From: Candidatus Udaeobacter sp.
GTDB taxonomy: Bacteria > Patescibacteriota > Patescibacteriia > Magasanikbacterales > GWA2-37-8
Assembly (NCBI GenBank): GCA_035473115.1
Contig: DATION010000007.1
Coordinates: 41,734-105,733 of the forward strand
Reading direction: 5' to 3'
DNA length: 64,000 nt
The notes beneath the pieces were generated by a model that saw only the letters and a program-made list of their open reading frames with translations, ran no database searches and was not told the DNA's origin. Shown piece by piece: positions 61,163-64,000 of the stretch; position 1 is the first letter of the stretch; every line of letters begins with the position of its first letter. A program made the translations under genes and the position numbers.

Positions 61163-61612
61163 TTATTCCAAATCAAATCGGTAATATTCTTGGTGATTAA
61201 CAGGATCAGTGGTTTCTTCAAAGCCAATTCGTTCCAAAAAAGATTTACCCGATGAAGTTTCGGCTTTAGCCGAGATATGAGTGCAGTGGGCCGCGTTAGC
61301 AATTGATTTTATTTCTGCAAATAACTCGTCCGATAATCCGTCTCCACGTCCATCTTCCTCTATTACTATAACACCTAAAGCGCAATAATTTTGTTTTTTA
61401 TTATCTGACCCGATAGTATAAGTCAGTAAGCCAATTAATTCATTATTTTTATTTCTTCTTTCAAGTACTTCAAATCCATCTAAGGCCGTTTCAATTATAT
61501 GTTGATTGGCGAGTTCATTTTTAGAGTAATTATTTTCAATAAACTTAGAATATTCAGTAAACCTGTCTTCGCTATTGTCTTGTTCAATATGAGGGTGTTC
61601 GAAGCTGTGCAT
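61163..61612 (-). CDS. GNAT-family N-acetyltransferase
   Basis: Acetyl-CoA-binding region ...GVIVIEEDGRGDGLSDELFAEI... Confidence 0.55.
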   Translation of the reverse strand: MHSFEHPHIEQDNSEDRFTEYSKFIENNYSKNELANQHIIETALDGFEVLERRNKNNELIGLLTYTIGSDNKKQNYCALGVIVIEEDGRGDGLSDELFAEIKSIANAAHCTHISAKAETSSGKSFLERIGFEETTDPVNHQEYYRFDLE

Positions 61613-61842
61613 AAAACTATATTAGTAATTAATTATTTTAACAAGTTATGATTGTAATCATTGTAAGGTTTTCTAAGTATTATGTCCAGATGAATTTAAG
61701 GCGTTTAGTTTGGATTGGTTAAAGCCAAACAGATATATAAATTGACACCAAGTTGTTTTTATGCTAGATTATATAGTCAAAATTATTAGACAGCTAAGTA
61801 TGAGTTTGATTATTTTTTAGTAATTAAACCCATGCTCAGCGG

Positions 61843-62217
61843 TTGAGCAGCAATAAAAAAGGAGGGCAAATGAAGACCGTTGGTAATTGTGATCTCTGTG
61901 GTCAACCCGTAGAGGATTGTAATGATTCTACGAGATTCACAGTAATTTTGGAAATGGTTAGGATTTATGGCGATAGTTATCAACTAGAGCATGAACAGGC
62001 TCATAGGGATGATGATTGGATGATAGTTTTACGAAGAAAGAGCCCACGTCATCTGTTACCTGTAGATGGGTGTAAAGGTTCTCCTAGTCGAGCGCAGTAT
62101 CTGCCGTGCCAGCCAAAAGATACACGGGAGGATGCCACCTTTTACCCTGAAGCGGTACCAAGTTTTCGTATTGCATACGGTATTCTCTTGCTACAGACCA
62201 TGAAATCCGAAAAGTAG
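61843..62217 (+). CDS. Hypothetical protein (higher GC)
   Basis: 124-aa ORF, Cys pairs near the N-terminus; stop overlaps the next start. Confidence 0.35.
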   Translation: MSSNKKGGQMKTVGNCDLCGQPVEDCNDSTRFTVILEMVRIYGDSYQLEHEQAHRDDDWMIVLRRKSPRHLLPVDGCKGSPSRAQYLPCQPKDTREDATFYPEAVPSFRIAYGILLLQTMKSEK

Positions 62218-62552
62218 TGGTTATCCTGTCTCATAATATAGAGGAGTGGATAAAGATGAACAATCAGTTTTCTGGCTATCACAGCTCCAATGCCTTTCAG
62301 AGCGTGATGGACATACTGCGTGCCTTACATGCCGTTGGAGTTTTTCAGAGAAGCGGGTATAGGTATGAAGAGCTAGCAGATTTAGACACAGCTGAAAGGC
62401 TCGGAGTTGCTCAAGCAGTTTGTGATAACGAAATATTTTGGCGCAGAGTTGTTCCGGCAGACTTTGGACTTGAAGGTTCAACTCATGCTACCAATCGGGA
62501 AAATTCATGGGACTGGCTGGAGCAATTATTGAATCAGCTGGCTGACAAGTAA
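62217..62552 (+). CDS. Hypothetical protein
   Basis: 111-aa ORF translationally coupled to the previous one. Confidence 0.35.
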   Translation: MVILSHNIEEWIKMNNQFSGYHSSNAFQSVMDILRALHAVGVFQRSGYRYEELADLDTAERLGVAQAVCDNEIFWRRVVPADFGLEGSTHATNRENSWDWLEQLLNQLADK

Positions 62553-62675
62553 TAATCAAGAATATATCCGTTTGTCTTTTAGACGGCGGGAAGGAAAGTT
62601 AAGCATCAGACTACCAACTCGTTAGTATTATATTATTTATAATATTGGCGAGTAGCCTGATGTTAAAATTAAAGA

Positions 62676-62707
62676 AAAACCTCTATTTCATAGAGGTTTT
62701 TCTTTTT
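62676..62707. terminator. Rho-independent terminator
   Basis: aaacctcta-tttca-tagaggttt followed by tcttttt. Confidence 0.7.
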
Positions 62708-62830
62708 ATATATTTCAATTTTTTGAGCATGTCATTAATCTCGTTTATCCACAAATAACAATAAATATATATTGACAAACGATAAATATAAGATTAAAGT
62801 ATATTTATTAATAATTTAAAATTAATATTT

Positions 62831-63307
62831 ATGAAACGCAGCTCAACAATATTTCTTCAGGCAATAATCATCCTTATCGGCATTGGCGCTTTTGCCCTTT
62901 TGCTTTGGGAACCTCGCGTCGAAGGCAGAAACGCCCATGCCACAAACTTCGAAATATATTTTAAGGATCCTTTCTTAGTTCTTGTTTACTTAGGCTCTAT
63001 TCCTTTTTTTGCAGCCCTCCATCAAGCATTTAAAGTACTTGGATGCATTAGGCAAAATAAAATATTTTCTAAAGGAGCTGTCAAAGCTTTGCGAACTATA
63101 AAATATTGCGCGCTAGCTATCATTGGTTTTGTGATAGTAGAAGAAATATTTATTATGTCAAACACCAGTGATGATCGGGCCGGTGGAGTTTTTATGGGCG
63201 TCCTAATAACCTTCGGTTCAATCGTGATCGCCACCGCGGCAGCAGTATTTGAGCGGATCTTGCAAAACGCCGTAGATATAAAATCCGAGAACGATTTAAC
63301 TGTTTAA
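62831..63307 (+). CDS. DUF2975-family membrane protein
   Basis: 4 TM helices; typical partner of a YozG-like HTH regulator. Confidence 0.55.
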   Translation: MKRSSTIFLQAIIILIGIGAFALLLWEPRVEGRNAHATNFEIYFKDPFLVLVYLGSIPFFAALHQAFKVLGCIRQNKIFSKGAVKALRTIKYCALAIIGFVIVEEIFIMSNTSDDRAGGVFMGVLITFGSIVIATAAAVFERILQNAVDIKSENDLTV

Positions 63308-63311
63308 TGCT

Positions 63312-63515
63312 ATGTCAATCATTATTAACATTGATGTCATGTTGGCAAAAAGAAAGATGAGCGTCACCGAACTGGCTGAGAAAGTAGGCATCACGATGGC
63401 CAATATTTCTGTATTAAAAAATGGAAAGGCCAAAGCGATACGGTTTTCAACTTTAGAAGCTATTTGTAAAGCTTTAAGGTGTCAGCCGGGAGATATTTTG
63501 GAGTATAACGGTTAA
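63312..63515 (+). CDS. XRE-family (Cro/C1-type, YozG-like) HTH transcriptional regulator
   Basis: MSVTELAEKVGITMANISVLKNGK helix-turn-helix; 67 aa. Confidence 0.7.
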   Translation: MSIIINIDVMLAKRKMSVTELAEKVGITMANISVLKNGKAKAIRFSTLEAICKALRCQPGDILEYNG

Positions 63516-64000
63516 CCGATTTTACTCAGTGCCTTTAAAATTTTTTCTGCTAATTTTTTTGCTGACAGGGGATTCTGTCCAGTTATAAGTCTATTATCAG
63601 AAACTGTATATGAGGAAAAGGGGATGAATCCCTTTGAATAAATCGCGCCGCGATCTGTTAGTTCTTTTTCCAGTTTAAATGGCGCCAGTTTATTTTTTCC
63701 AGCCAGAATTTCTTCCGGCCAAGAATAACCTGTAACTTTTTTATTTGCGACTAGAGGCTGATTATCAATTTTTATATTTAATAGACCAGCGCTGCCGTGG
63801 CAGACAGCTGAAATTATCCCGCCGTTTTGATAAATTTTTTCGGCGATTTTAGCAATCTGTTCATTGTTTGGAAAATCCCACATAGCTCCGTGTCCGCCGG
63901 CATAGCAAATTGCTAAATAATTTTCTGGATTAATTTGCGCGGGGTTTAAAGTATTTTGCAGTAATTTTTGGAAATCTTCGTTTAAATAATATGATTTGGT
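63512..64000 (-). CDS. DJ-1/PfpI-family (class I glutamine-amidotransferase-like) protein; the N-terminus lies beyond the window end
   Basis: AICYAGGHGAMWD and ISAVCHGSAGLL motifs; the ORF is open to the window end. Confidence 0.6.
   Translation of the reverse strand, partial: TKSYYLNEDFQKLLQNTLNPAQINPENYLAICYAGGHGAMWDFPNNEQIAKIAEKIYQNGGIISAVCHGSAGLLNIKIDNQPLVANKKVTGYSWPEEILAGKNKLAPFKLEKELTDRGAIYSKGFIPFSSYTVSDNRLITGQNPLSAKKLAEKILKALSKIG

Overview
Low-GC (~35-40%) bacterial chromosomal segment with small, tightly packed genes and several split or domain-embellished housekeeping proteins, consistent with a CPR/Patescibacteria-like genome (TGA is used as a stop and an intact RF2 is present, so the standard code applies). 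The window has six parts. (1) 1-2000 is a GC-rich segment encoding a truncated CxxCH lipoprotein (a putative c-type cytochrome / cytochrome-c-peroxidase-like protein) and a second lipoprotein. (2) 2178-28664 is a housekeeping block: mgtE, pepN, greA, infB, trxA, leuS (1206 aa, with two inserted enzyme domains), a split comEC with an intervening SAM methyltransferase, nusA, yidC, groES/groEL with a CIRCE operator, prfB, tsaC, a GHL-type hydrolase and rsmA. (3) 28713-37009 encodes a membrane-anchored Ca-binding (TSP3-repeat) protein and a 2564-aa cysteine-rich secreted giant protein. (4) 38051-47599 is a minimal Gram-positive-type T4SS-like cluster: a VirB6-like polytopic membrane protein with a long coiled-coil tail, two unknown acidic proteins, a PrgI/VirB3-like protein, a VirB4 ATPase split by two in-frame stops, a VirB8-like bitopic protein, and comFC at the 3' end. 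No relaxase or VirD4 is present, so it is a candidate DNA-uptake or cell-contact apparatus. (5) 47608-56087 on the minus strand holds an Fe-S/iron-handling block: sufT, sufU, sufS, a short sufD, sufB, sufC, riboflavin synthase, a riboflavin-kinase domain protein, trhO, a VIT1/CCC1 transporter, a cupredoxin and an MGMT-domain protein. (6) 56200-64000 contains a second GC-rich patch with a frameshifted gene and a secreted beta-rich protein, a sequence matching a complete type III hammerhead ribozyme (57541-57608) just upstream of a bidirectional terminator, a 948-aa secreted glycoside hydrolase with FN3 domains, and small accessory genes (GNAT, DUF2975 + XRE HTH, DJ-1/PfpI). GC-rich palindromic elements sit between sufS and sufD and in-frame inside an O-antigen-ligase-like gene. 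No rRNA, tRNA or CRISPR array was recognised.
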